Source: Octopus bimaculoides (Eukaryota). From it: DNA of 64,000 nucleotides. Both the position numbers and the translations under genes were made by a program. The stretch is taken from assembly GCF_001194135.2 (NCBI RefSeq), contig NC_069001.1, positions 23,063,900 through 23,127,899 on the forward strand, given 5' to 3'. Positions 1-12,630 of this stretch are shown here, one piece after another. The notes under the pieces are model-generated. The model saw nothing but the letters and a program-made list of their open reading frames with translations, was not told the DNA's origin and ran no database searches. The stretch's first letter is position 1; every line of letters starts with the position of its first letter.

Positions 1-144
1 TATTTTTCCATGATTAACCTAGTGGCTTTATTATTATTATTATAAATGGTATCTTCCTCCTGCTAATAACATTTTTATTTATTTCCATTCCTAAAAGTTT
101 ATCATATAATTTTGTATCTAACTTATACAGGTTGCCAGTTTTAT

Positions 145-743
145 CATATTTATCACGTGATCTTTTAGTATAAATTCTATAGTACAGTCATTTTGGTTTA
201 AACCTACAGTTACTCGCCGGTAGATAAGTCATGTTTTCTAATTTTAATTTTATAAACAATATTGACATCCGTCTTTTAGTAACTTTGTACACTAACACAT
301 GTTTTTACTATTACCTACTTATTCCATAATGTTTTAACCTTGTTTACTATAATACTCTTTTTCAATATTTTTAGATTGTAACTCTTAATAATTATATTAA
401 TACCGTTAATGTAGGGATTAGTTTACAGATTTTGTCTCTTTATATATATATATTTGTATTTCTCGTGTTTATGTTTATTCCTTGAATGATTTTAGGTATT
501 TTCTTAGGGATTTGACCTGAAGAGTGACTGATTTGGGGAGTAAAATCATTTCCCCGTTCTAATGAACTCGGATAGAATTTGCTTATGATTTCATATGGTC
601 CTATTTCAGCCATGAAACGCGCGAAGTCTATGTACTAGCACTAACGTTTTACATTTATACTTCTATACTGTATATTATCGTATTAATTTTTACTGTCCAA
701 TTTATAAATTTGACTTCTAAATTTTTTAAAATTAATATTTCTA
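145..743 (+). mobile_element. Penelope-like element 3' end / pseudo-LTR
   Basis: AT-rich segment with a hammerhead-like core (512-630). It is homologous, as reverse complement, to 51391-51925, which lies downstream of a PLE-like C-terminal ORF remnant. Confidence 0.65.
512..630 (+). ncRNA. Type I hammerhead ribozyme motif with long stem II insertion (probably inactive copy)
   Basis: TTGAC-CTGAAGA(517-523)-GTG A CTGA...TCAG C CAT-GAAA(614-617)-C GCGC G-AA-GTC. Stem I is GAC/GTC. The cleavage triplet reads GAA, whereas the sister copy has GTA. Confidence 0.6.
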
Positions 744-986
744 TGATTTATTTATGAAGTATATTATTTAATTAAAATTTTTAGATTAAAACCTTAGATA
801 TATTAAGATGATATATGCCTTACAGCATGGATTTGGATGGGTTCTGAGTTGACAGAGTTGTAGAGTGGTGGTTCGTCTTTAAATTAGTTATATACATATA
901 TATTATATATTAGGAAACCTGGTGTAATTTTATACCGATTTTTGCCTGTAAGATTGGAATAAATTTTTTATTCCCTAATATTATTA

Positions 987-1048
<62 letters not shown>

Positions 1049-1463
1049 GCAGAGAGAGAGAGTGTGTGAGTGAGTTATGATAGAAGATCTTAATTTAAAA
1101 AGAAAATCTTTAAAACTATATGTTCTGTATAATAAAACTATGGGGTATTCTTGGTTGGACTGATGTTACATTTGAAAATCGATGCTGAATTTATATATAA
1201 CAGATTATCATGTGGTAGACAAGATTACTTTGTGAAATGTAATACTTATTTATTCATACTGTTTTGAATTAATCATGCATTATCTTGTAACATTGAGACT
1301 TCAATCATGTAAGTGAATTGTAGGGTAAGTGTAAGAGGCTGGATGTGGCTAGTTTGAACAGAGCACAGATAGAGTATTTGGGACAGATATGGATCGTTTT
1401 AATATGAAAGTGTTAAATGATATTACTATATGGTGTGTAGTAATAACAAAATGAGCAGATTTA

Positions 1464-1687
1464 TTAATCCTTTAGAATTCAGATTACTATGTCGAATGTA
1501 ATGCTTATTCACATTGCTTTGCATTTATCATGTATAATCTCGATGCTTTGAGATTTTGATAATATGATTGTTTATCTTTAGAATGACATTGTTGAGTAGG
1601 TATGAGAGGTCAGAACTGGCCAGTTTGAACATAAAACAGAAAGAATATTGGCGCTGGATATGGCTACATTAAATACTAAAGGGTTAA
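1464..1687 (-). mobile_element. piggyBac-type MITE (TTAA-flanked, about 220 bp)
   Basis: TTAA TCCTTTAG...CTAAAGGG TTAA ends. Homologous to 33070-33282, with a more decayed tandem copy at about 1200-1418. Confidence 0.6.
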
Positions 1688-1789
1688 GAGTGAATTGTAT
1701 TATCTATGGACTCTGTGTATCACAGATAATGGAATATGAAGGATTACACCTTCAGTCAATGAATCGCATATCTTTTCATCATCATCACC

Positions 1790-2215
1790 GTCATCATCTT
1801 CATATTCATTTGTTCTCCATGGTTTGGATAGTTTGGTAGGAGCTGCCCAGCTCAAGGGATGCCCTGACTTTATATGTTTGTTTTCACTTGGTTTCTACAG
1901 ATGGATGCCCTTTCTAATGCCAACCACTTTACAGAGAGTACTGTGTACTCTTTACATAGCACTGGCATAGGTGAGTCTACATGACACCAGCATGGGCTCT
2001 TTTATGAGACACTGACATAGACACTTTTACTTGGCACTAGCACAGGTGTTATGTGCTACTGGCATGGGTGTTTTTATGTGGCACTGGAATGGCTACTTTT
2101 ATGTGGCACCAGCACCCATGAGCCTGTAAGACTAGGATCTCTCGACTGTAAAAGGTATGTAGAGGACATGCCTGTATGCATGGAGTGCCATGATTTACCA
2201 TAGCTTGAATATTCT
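1790..2215 (-). mobile_element. RTE-type LINE/SINE 3' tail
   Basis: (CAT)n tail, GGATGCCCTTTCTAATGCCAACCACT motif and repeated TTTTATGTGGCAC units shared with 12675-13020. Confidence 0.6.
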
Positions 2216-2570
2216 CCATGTTGTAAAATAGATTGCTTATATTCAGTATAAGGTAAATAACAGTGAGAAAATTGTGATTAAACTAATCTGTTTGAATCAA
2301 AACCCCTTGTGGTATTTATTCTTCCTAGATTTTACTCTTACTACTGGAAATGTGCTGAACCTAAAATTGGTCTGATGGAAACTCAGTCAAAGTGGATGTA
2401 ATTCTTTCTTTATTTTTTTCTTTTTACTTATCTCAGTCATTTGACTGTGGCCATGCTGGGGCACAACTTTGAAGAATTTTAGTCAAACAAATCATCACTA
2501 ATTGATGCATTCAACTATGAGGATTCACTCCAACACTGGTTGTGAAGCAGTGGTGGGGCACAAACACACA

Positions 2571-3202
2571 GCAGGGAACTATGGGCTTGACTACAGAGGA
2601 CTCATGAAGGCTTGAAAGAAATGAAGCTAACATGCTCCACCGGATGGATAATACCAATGTGCACACATGAGATAATGTAAATGATTTTAGAGGAAAGCTA
2701 GATATAAGAGGCATCAGAGTGCAAGGGAAGAAGATTGTGTTGGTTGGGTCATGGGATATGCATGGATGGAGACAGTTGCGTAGAGAAGTGCCAGCTCTAA
2801 TTGTAGAGAATACCTTTGGGAGGGGTAGACTCAGGAAGATGTGGAATAAAATGGTGAGAAAGAATATTTAAATGCTGGGCCTCACTGTGAAAATGACAAG
2901 GGGCCAGGAGTTGTGGTGATTTGCTGTACTTGAGAAGATGTCTCAAGCAAATTAAAATCATCGTCACCCATACATACAGGCTTGTCCTTTACAGGAGTCA
3001 GTGTCGCATAAAATGCACTCGAGCCAGTGCTGCATAAATGCATCAATACCTGGTGGCACTTAAAAAAATCACTCAGCATACTCGGTAAAGTGGATGGCAT
3101 TATGAAGGGTATCCAGCTGTAGAAACTCTGACAAAACAGACAATTGGAGTTTGGACAGCTCCCCAGTTGGTCAGCACCTATCAAACCGTCCAACCCATGC
3201 CA

Positions 3203-3206
<4 letters not shown>
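2571..3206 (+). mobile_element. RTE-clade LINE 3' fragment (decayed)
   Basis: Translates with stops/frameshifts as LTTEDS*RLERNEANML...RLCWLGH...GRGRLRKMW (RTE C-terminus RLRWYGH/RGRPRK), followed by the family 3' UTR. Confidence 0.7.
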
Positions 3207-3266
<60 letters not shown>

Positions 3267-3619
3267 GACAGGCTTCTTTCAGTTTTTGTCTACCAAAACC
3301 ACTCACAAGGATTTAGTCAGCCAGAAGCTATAGTAGAAACCACTTGCCCAAGGTGTCCTGCAGTAGAACGGAACCCAGAAGCATGTGATTTGGAAACAAG
3401 CTTCTTACCACTCACCAAGCACTTCTATGCTTAATGAAGCTAATTCATTATAGTTACATATGGAACAAGAAGAAATTATTATCGGCTGAATTATTGATTT
3501 TGGCCTAGAAAAACAAGGAAGACAAACACATCATTTTAATAAAAAATAAATGGTGGATATACAATAGAAAGTGGCTCTGATCCTTGGCAGTCATCCATCC
3601 ATCCATTTTCAAAGTGCAC

Positions 3620-4210
3620 TGTTCCAGGGAGGCCCACAAAAGCAGACTGCTAAGGCACCTCCTCCATAGGGTCCTATCGAAGTAACTTTCATTGCACTTT
3701 CCTGCTGGATCTCCAAATATGACCAACTGTGACTACAGATATTATTCAACCACCTCCTCCTTGTTCTACCTCATGGTTTCCTGCTGGCTGGCTTGGTTTG
3801 GCTTGACTTGAAGAATCTGTCTTACGTTCCTTTTCTACAACATTCTAACCCCATGTCTGTAGTAACAGGTTTGTGAGCCCCTAATGTGGTGTAACCATAC
3901 AATCTTATCAGACCTTCTCAGCTCAGCTACACTCAATTCTTAATTATTTTAGTTAATTAAGAAATATAGGTGATGTCCCTCTTCTATCTTTCTTGATCAG
4001 AATTAATTATTAGGTGAATGATTGATTTTTTTCCCCTTGTAAATTTAATTCACATTTCTTGGCTCATTACAGAAAATTTGTGGACAAATGCTGAACTGTT
4101 TGGTTTTCTTATAACAGGCAACCCTGAGTATTTCACAGTCATCTCTTAGAATGTTCATGTACTGATTGTCCATGTTTAGTGTGTAGCAACTTTGGCACCC
4201 ACGCACATAA
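3620..4210 (-). mobile_element. RTE-like LINE 3' fragment (decayed)
   Basis: Minus-strand remnants GCQSCYTLNMD...EILRVACYKK and DRTLWRR. Shares CTCC(A/G)TAGGGTCCTATC with 10560-10930. Confidence 0.5.
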
Positions 4211-4634
4211 ACATACATGCGCAAGCACACTTCCATCTTTTTCTCTCCTTCCCTTTCTCTCTCTCTTGCATTTTTTCCCTCGCTTTTCTCTCTCTTTTTC
4301 TCTCTTCCTTTCTCTCTTTCTTTCTCTCGTTCTCATTTTCCTTCTCTCTTTCTCACTGTCTTTATCGCTCTTTCTTTCTCCCCCTCTTTCAAATAGAATA
4401 CTAAAGGTTTATATTATTTGCAATTGTTTTCAAGCAATTAAGCTGTCAACAATTTCTTCATGGCATTCTCATGACAATAGATTATTACACTGATAGCCTC
4501 TAATCCAGGAGTCATTTTAGACAAAATACAGCAGATAAATTTCAATTAAGCTCATCATTTGTTTTCACTAATTTTACACCAATTTTCTTTTTCATTTTTT
4601 TCACTTTCTCTAATTTCCAGTCATATTTACACAC

Positions 4635-4691
4635 CTCGGATGGATTTGAACATACAACAGGCTCGCACTGCATCATCAAACATTTGCATAT
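4635..4691 (-). other. Candidate 57-nt internal coding exon of an unidentified host gene
   Basis: TTTTCAG| acceptor, GAG|GTGTGT donor, phase 1-1, open frame (x)MQMFDDAVRACCMFKSIR. No homolog recognised. Confidence 0.3.
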
Positions 4692-5127
4692 CTGAAAATC
4701 TTGTATGAATGTAGAATGCTGTGAAATAAAATTTTTTTTGTTTTTTTTTCTGTCTGCTTCTATGTCACATGACACAGAAGTTGGTGAAAAATAACCACCT
4801 GACAGTTAAAGTTTCCTATTAAGGAATTGCACATTATGGAATTCATGTTAGATTTCATGTTGGTACAGGTGTCGTTGTATGGTTAAGAAGTTTGCTTTCC
4901 AACCACTTGGTGTGGGGTTCAATTCTACTGCATGAAACCTTGGGCAAGTGTCCTTCTACAATAGCCCCAGACAGAATAAAGCTTTGTGAGTGGTAGATAT
5001 AAACTGCGTGGAAGATGTCATATATGTATGTGTACACACACACACACACATATAGGTATATATGTATATATGTATACACACACACACACACATATATATA
5101 TACATATATGTACATCAGAGTGAGCAC

Positions 5128-5281
5128 ATAAATGAGAAGCAAGGTGGAAAAAATAGTACTCGAATATCAGAGGTAGAGTAATATTCTTTATTAAAAAGCA
5201 TTCTAAACAAAACTGTTTGACAAACGGGAATGTGAAACTCTGAGTAACAGTTTTTGATATTTTTGCTGCTTTTTAATAAAG
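5128..5281 (+). mobile_element. PLE-type end: inverted 3' tail followed by a hammerhead-containing segment
   Basis: CTTTATTAAAAAGCA (5186-5200) is the reverse complement of TGCTTTTTAATAAAG (5267-5281). An HHR lies between them; the element is flanked by TA/CA microsatellite. Confidence 0.55.
5209..5254 (+). ncRNA. Minimal type I hammerhead ribozyme, U3:A8 variant, apparently intact
   Basis: AAAACTGT-TTGACAA-ACG GGAA TGT-GAAA-CT CTG AG-TA-ACAGTTTT: perfect 8-bp stem I, 3-bp stem II, stem III, GUA cleavage triplet. Confidence 0.75.
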
Positions 5282-5457
5282 TATATATATATATAGGTAT
5301 ATATATGTATACACAGACACACATTAATACACATGTGTATATATATATCTTTCATTTTTTACTCATTTCAGTTATTAGACTGTGGCATTGCCTTGAAGAA
5401 CTTTTGGTAGAATGAATTGACCCCAGTACTTATTCTCTTTTGTAAAGCCTGATACAT

Positions 5458-5632
5458 ACAGTTCTATATTTAAGAGATGAGGAATTATGTACATTATTTA
5501 CATTAGACGGATATTTCTCCTCATCTTGTTTGTTGTTAACACAACGTTTCAGCTGATATACCCACCAGCCTTCATCAGGTGTCTTGGGGAAATTTTGAAC
5601 CTGGGTTCTCATTCCTAAGGTATTTTTCGATG

Positions 5633-5684
<52 letters not shown>

Positions 5685-5770
5685 TATTATTGTTCAGGTC
5701 ACTGCTTGGAATTGAACTCGGAATCTTGGGGTCAGTAGCCCGTGATCTTAATCACTACGCCATATGCCCA
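5458..5770 (-). mobile_element. tRNA-derived SINE with (AAT)n linker and hammerhead-bearing PLE-type tail (copy 1)
   Basis: Head 5692-5769 with A box TGGCGTAGTGA and B box GAGTTCAATTC; (AAT)n linker; HHR at 5538-5583; 3' stem GATGAGGA/TCCTCATC. Homologous to 49202-49463. Confidence 0.8.
5538..5583 (-). ncRNA. Minimal type I hammerhead ribozyme (C3:G8)
   Basis: GACAC-CTGATGA-A-GGCTG GTGGGTATAT CAGCT-GAAAC-GTT-GTGTT, with palindromic stem III AACGTT. Confidence 0.75.
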
Positions 5771-6967
5771 TGGGTATATGGCCTAGTGGCCCATCCCTAA
5801 ATCTAAAATAAGAATGAGCAAGAAGTTGCTATATATATATACATATATATTGTCAATGTATCAGATATACGAAAAAGAAACACACATTAATAATTAATGC
5901 GTGTGTGTGTGTGTAATGTATCATCGTCTTTTTGCCTTGACATTGTGTGCTAGTTATAAACGAATGTCAATGTCATGCCGGCAGTTCCTTTCATTTCCAG
6001 TTTCCCATGGAAACATGTCTGGCCATGGTGAAATGTTATCTTACTTAAGACCATGTGAGGGTTGGTGACAGTAAGAGCATTCATCTGTAGAGAATCCACC
6101 TTAACAAAGTCCATCTGACCCATACAATCATGGAGAAGAAGTGGATATTAGAACAATGGTGAATAAGGCAACTGAAAAAAAAAACTTCAAACATAAATGA
6201 TGATGAGGTTGACTGTGGTGGTGATGATGATGATGATAATAATGACAGCAATGACAATGATGTTGATGATGGTGATGATGGATCATTTTGAAACATTGTG
6301 GGACTAACGAATGCACCAAAGCTGACAGTGAAACAGGGAGTTATTGAGTTGTCTCCCTTGTGTTTCTGGAGTGAAAATTAATCATTTAAATAATGATTTC
6401 CTTTCTCGTTAACAAGGGTATAATTTTGATTACTGAAAATTAATTGACTCACTACATCAAGTATGATAGGGTCCACTATAGTATCAGGTTTATATGCAGC
6501 AAGCATCTCTGTGCATTTTATCTTCAGACATTCTGCTTGGAACAATGAAGTTTTGTCCTTGTTTCAAATTTATTAAAACAAACTTACAAATCCCAACTTT
6601 CAAATGTTCATGAACCACTGCCACCGCCAACACCACCAACACCACTATCCCTGCTGCTGCTGTTGCTACTAGTACTACTCTTGTGAAGTACCTGAAACTA
6701 CTGCAAATAATTATACAAGCCAATGTAGGAGCCTCTATGTGGTTGCTCAACGTCCTAAAAATAGCAAGCAAATCTCCTTCAAATCATAAATCTCAATATC
6801 TCACAAATGAACAGATTGGATGACACAGTGCAAGGTTCACTGCATTTGATGCAATAAAATCAAATAAATAAAAATGATAAGGTGTGTGGGCGTGAGAGTC
6901 ACATCTGGAATGTCTTTTGGTGATAAATTCTGCTTGATCAGCACTGCCCTGATGTTAAACAACGACA

Positions 6968-7390
6968 AATATCATCATTGTTATTGTCATTATCAGTATC
7001 ATTACCATCATCTTCATCATAATCATCATAATCATCATCGTCGTCATCATCATTATCATCAGCATCATAATCGTTATCAGCATCATTATCATCATCAACA
7101 TCATCATCAATGTCATCATCACCATCTTCAACATTATCATTTTTCATCATCAGCATCATCATCCTTGCCATCATCACCATCATCATCATACTCATCATAA
7201 TTGTCATCATTGTCATCATCATACTCATCATTGTCGTCGTCGTCCAGCCTCATTTATCATTATCAACATCATTTTCAGCATCGTTGTCATCATCATCATC
7301 ACTGTCACCACCATCTTCATCACTGTCATTTTTCATCATCATCATCATCATCATACTCATCATCATCATCTTCATTATCATCATCACAGT
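6968..7390. repeat. Degenerate (CAT)n microsatellite
   Basis: Long imperfect CAT/TCA tract; it explains the His/Ser/Ile/Met/Asp-rich ORFs here. Confidence 0.95.
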
Positions 7391-8164
7391 CATCAGTAGC
7401 AGCAATAACTATTCTTTTATTAGAAAGTTTATTATTGTATTATAATGTTTCTGAGTCCTATAATATCTCTGTGAGATATTTATGAGGAATAAAACTCTAT
7501 TGGTACTAAATCTCTATCTCAGATTTAATTATAACACCACAAAATAAAATTAAAACTATAATCGATCATAATAAACCATAATTTCCACTGAACATACAAC
7601 AATATTTAACCAGCCAATAAACAGAAAATGGATAACAGCATTCTCTAATCGAAAAAATATTTAGGAAAAATTTTTATTAAATATAAATATAATAATGAAA
7701 TCCATATATAACGGAAAAATGTGCGACCCCGATCACAGAAATGAATATTAATTAGTGTAGAAATATTTTTAAAAATCTGCAATATAAAACTTAAATAATT
7801 TAGTGTTAAAATATGCAACAGTAAAAAAGTTATTGATTACATGGTATGGTTGTGTGGTAAAAAGTTTGTTTCTCAGCCACATTGTTCCAGGTTCAGTCCC
7901 ACTGTGTGGCATTTTCTACAAGTGTCTTCTGCTATAGTCCCAGGCTGACCAAAAGATTTGTGTGTAGATTTGGTAGACAGAAACTGTCCTACATGTATGT
8001 ATATACGTATGTATGAATGTATGTATGTATGTATATGTATTTATATATGTATGTATATATATATGTGTATATGTGCATATGTATGTATATATGTGTGTGT
8101 GTGCATATAAGTATGTATGTATATATGTGTATATATATATTCATACATACAATGTATGTATATT

Positions 8165-8222
<58 letters not shown>

Positions 8223-8238
8223 CATAAATATTTAAATA

Positions 8239-8638
8239 GGCACAGGAGTGGCTGTGTGGTAAGAAGCTTGCTTCCCAACCACATGGTTCTGGGTTCAGCC
8301 CCACTGCATGGCACCTTGGGCAAGTGTCTTCTACTATAGCCTTCAGCTGACCAAAGCCTTGTGAGTTGATATGGTAGACGGAAACTGCAAGAAGCCCATC
8401 ATACATATATGTGTATGTATATATGTACTTGTGTGTCTGTGTTTGTCCCTCCACCATTATTACTTGACAATCGATGTAGGTGTGCTTACGTCCCTGTAAC
8501 TTAGTGGTTCAGCAAAAGAGACTAATAGAATAAGTACTAGGCTTACAAAGAATAAATTCTGGGGTTGATTACTTCGACCAAAGACGGTGCTCCAGTATGG
8601 CCACAGTCAAATGACGGAAACAAGTAAAAAGAGTAAAA
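8239..8638 (+). mobile_element. tRNA-derived SINE family A (about 400 bp, internal microsatellite)
   Basis: GGAGTGGCTGTGTGG...GGTTCAG(T/C)CCCACTG head, CCTTGGGCAAGTGTCTTCT core, GACTGAAACAAGTAAAA-type tail. About 20 full or partial copies in the window (e.g. 3265-3420, 4860-5020, 7840-7990, 10980-11140, 13335-13495, 18080-18240, 28465-28914, 30075-30320, 54625-54963, 60185-60530). Confidence 0.85.
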
Positions 8639-10559
8639 TATACATACACACATACATACACGCACACATATATATATATATACGTACATACACATACACA
8701 TATATATATATATATATATAAATATAGTAAGAGGAGGGATATAATATTCAGGCAGATACCGAATTTCTGTATGTAAAATACCAAGGCTGGTTCCTTCAAA
8801 TGGTGCTTTTTGGTAAACTTCCTTTAATTCCCATCCAATGTTACAGTTTATTTCTTGCTTACTTAGAGTGTAAAGTACAACATTGATAATAAGGAGGATT
8901 TGAACATTCAAGCTTTATGTTTATTTCCAGTTTGTTTATTTATAATAATTGTCAGACACATGTTTTAATCGCACTAACTGCATATTTGCAATGCTTTTAA
9001 TATGGCACCAGCACCAGCAGGGTGGCCAATTAACTTGCAATACAAAGACCTCTTACTTGAGAGAGGGAATGGAACCTTGTGAGAGGTGACAGAGGGACCA
9101 TATCTTACAATTGAGGAGATACTTGGCCACCCCAGTCAGACAAGGAAGAGAAGGCAGGTGGAAGAGAGTCAGCGAAAAAGATAGAGAGACAGTAAGAGAG
9201 AGAGAGAGGAAGAATAGATGGCATTGGAGATGTATTGAGGCCTACTGGCAGGGAACAGTGGGGAGAGTCTAGAAGTACAGGGGAGATAGAGGGGTACATT
9301 CCATAAGAGTGAGGGGATATAGTTAGAGATGGGGGAAGACTTGACTGTAGCAAGTGATGATGAGGGGAACTGAAGTGACAGGGAGTGGGGTAAGGAAGAA
9401 ATGAAAGGGTATAGAGAGTGGATAGGCACATGAGAGAATGGAAGGGAGGGGCAGGGCTTACCACAGGTGATGAGAAGAGGGGGCATTATATATATATACA
9501 CACACACATGCATCACATATGCACACGTGTGTGTGTGTGCATATATGCATGTGTGTGTGTGATTCAGTTTATTCTTGCCAATATAGAAAGAACTAGTTTT
9601 TAACCTAGATTTAAGGCTCCCTCACTGGAATTTCAACATCAACAACAGGGTATTTTTTGTTTGTAAGTATGTTTGTATGTGTATAAGTATACTAAGAGAG
9701 TGAGACAAATGATTGGCTGCCTTTTCAGTGTAAAGGGAGTGCTTGTATACTTAATGTAGTACACCAAGAAATTCTAATTAATTAAAATTACACCCTCATT
9801 AATGAGAACAATCATTATCTAAATCACTAATTCTGATTTTAAAAAGGGTGGAGAGATGACCCAAACTTTTTAGTTAATTAGAATGAATTACACAGGAATG
9901 CAGTAGGGTATGTGACTGATTAGAAGCAACTTTATAGATCCAGCAAAACCAAATTCACTGATATGACAAATGAAGCAGCTTCTTTATTTCAATCAAACTT
10001 CACTAGGCCAGGCCCACTGTTTCTGTCATTATAACGAGGTGTCATTGTCTCACATGCTACAGACAATAAGAAGTTAAGGAAATTTGATTGCTACATTAAC
10101 CTGGCGTGAGAAGTAATTACTATATATGGAGTCTAAAGACTTGTTAAATAATTATCAGACTCTGAAAGATCTGATTTGTTAAATTAATTAAACTAAAAGT
10201 TACAGCTCCAATTTGAATACATTGTGAAATTAATTGTTACTGTTTTAAAAATCAATTGTGCTATTAGCTTCTACTGAGTCATACAAACAGCTGTTGTGAA
10301 TAATGGCTTTGATAGTAAATGGCAGTTGATATAACAATAAATGAATTTTACTGAAAATAAGTAGGATTAAAGTGAAGGATGTCTGTGGATGATGATGGTA
10401 ATGATGATGATGACAACGAAGAGGATGAAATGCAAAGTGAACCTGATCAGAATTTGATGGACGAAATGCTACAATGCATTTTGTCTAGTATTCTAAAAAT
10501 TCTGCCTGTTCAGTACCTGAAAATCATTAAATAAGACGTTCAGTTTATGCATCCATTTC

Positions 10560-10930
10560 CTACATTATGGAAATCTTTTCCGAAAATCTTGCTATAACAA
10601 GGAATTCCATCTGGCCAACTATTTTCTCTGTCCATTATTCCTGGGAGGGTGGTGGAGTAGTGTCCTTGGCATCACCTCCGTAGGGTCCTATCAGAAGCAA
10701 CCATCATTACAAGATGGATTCCTAAGCCTAACCAACAGAGACTATCGATATTATCCAACCATTTGTTCTTGGTCTGCCTCTAAGTCTCCTGCTGGTCTGG
10801 TCAGCTTCAAGAACTCATCTTGTGATTATTTCCTGTAACATTCTAATAACTTGTCTGTAGTACCACAACATGGAATTCGGTGATTTGAAATCTTTTTTCT
10901 GTTGATTTCCATGTAATATGGAAGTCAAAA
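10560..10930 (-). mobile_element. RTE-like LINE 3' fragment
   Basis: Minus strand carries RGRPRTNGW*NIDSL-like and SDRTLRR remnants; same family as 3620-4210. Confidence 0.5.
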
Positions 10931-11344
10931 TCTACAGAAGTCAAATAGGAAATAGGTCTAATGTTACAATATTCCACTTTGGCACAGGCATCACTGTGTA
11001 GTAAGAAATTTTCTTCCCAACCACATAGTTCCAGGTTCAGTCCCACCACATTGCATCTTGGGTAAATCTCTTCTACTATAGCCTCAGGCTGACCAAAGCC
11101 TTGCGAGTGGATTTGGTTGATGGAAAATGAAAAGAAGGCTATTGTAGATATATATGTGTGTGTGTGTGTGTGTATGTATGAGTGTTTCTGTTTGTCTCCC
11201 AATCTCTCTCTCTAGCCAGGTAACCATGTATCTCTTCCACAGCAAGAACCTGTTTCTGTCTCTCTGTCTCACTATAACCTTTCATCTGACACAAGATCTT
11301 CTCCTCCAATGCCCCCTTCCCTCTCAAAGGATTTTTGTCTTGCA

Positions 11345-11656
11345 ACTTACTTATTGACCTTTGCCAGTACTGATGCCACATAAAAAGCATTCAGTCCACT
11401 CTGTGAAGGGGTTGGCATTTGGAAGGGCATCCAGCTGTAAAAACCTTGTCAAAACTGACCTCACCTGTGCTTGTGCCATGTAAAAAGCACTAAGCCCACT
11501 TTGCTGGGTCGTTGGTGTTAAGAAAAACCAGCTGCAAAAACCCTGCCAAAACAGACACAGAAGTCCGGTGCACGCTCCAACCTGGGCAGCTTCTGTCAAA
11601 CTGTCTAAGCCATGCCAGTATGAAAGGTAGACGTTGAACGATGATGATGATGATGA
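11345..11656 (+). mobile_element. RTE-type 3' tail
   Basis: GTTGGCATTTGGAAGGGCATCCAGCTGTA motif and (GAT)n tail. Confidence 0.65.
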
Positions 11657-12149
11657 ACAAGCATAGATATGATTTTAAGTTACTAATTTTGATGAGGTGA
11701 GTCCCTGTTCAAAGACCAAAGCCATTGTAAAACCTTTCAATACCAAGTTGGTTGGATCAGTAATCTAAAGGTTCGGTGATTAAAGTTAAGCAACGCAAGA
11801 GTTTCAAAGATTAAACTTTTGGGGGTGGAGAGATGATAACGATGGTAAGGAGGAAGATAAAGAGATAAATGTAGTTTGATGGAAGAATATATTCCTTTAG
11901 AAAATGTCTAATGAATTGGCAGAACAACATGTCCATGAATTAGTATTAGTAGCATTTTTTTTTTACTTCTTGCTTCAGTCATTATTCATCAAGGCCATGC
12001 AGGAGCACCACCTTCAAGAAATTTAGTCAAACAATATGATTGTGGAGGACAATCATATTGTTATGAATGAAAAATTATATTCAGATAATTTCTTGTTCAT
12101 ACGACGCCAAATTAGAACCCAGACCTCTGGTTTTGCAAGGAAAGATGGG

Positions 12150-12630
12150 AAAAGTAATTTATTCTGGTCATGTGACTGTTTAAAGTGTTAGTGGCATGCT
12201 TTTTACTGTATAGATGGACTATAAAGACTACTAGTGAACATGTGGCAAGTGAGTTAGTCCATACTGGGAGCTGATGTTCAACATTGATGTGTGAGGCAGT
12301 TGGTTTGGAGTCTGCTGGAAATCAATGTGATGGAAGTTCAAGTGAGTAGTTTATGTGAATAGCTGGTTTGAAGTCAGTGCGGTTGATGTGTGAGATGGGA
12401 CCAGGCTATTTCATGTTGAACAGTTGACACAGTAATTGGTGTCAGAAGCAAGATATTTATTGCAATGATGAATATCAGTGGTTGATGTGAACAGTGGTAT
12501 CTTTGCAAGGTGGAAGGTTTTGAATTTGCTGCATAAATAGTCAGTGTTAACCTGGCAATGTAAAGATTGTGGAATGGTTGTGGGACTAACGTGAATTTGG
12601 GAGAAACAGTAGAATCCATTTGGAAAAAAC
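12150..12630 (-). mobile_element. CR1/Jockey-like LINE 3' ORF fragment (decayed)
   Basis: Minus-strand remnants resemble the C-terminal end of LINE ORF2 (IAWSHLTHQPH; LYIARLTLTIY). Recognised by pattern only. Confidence 0.45.
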
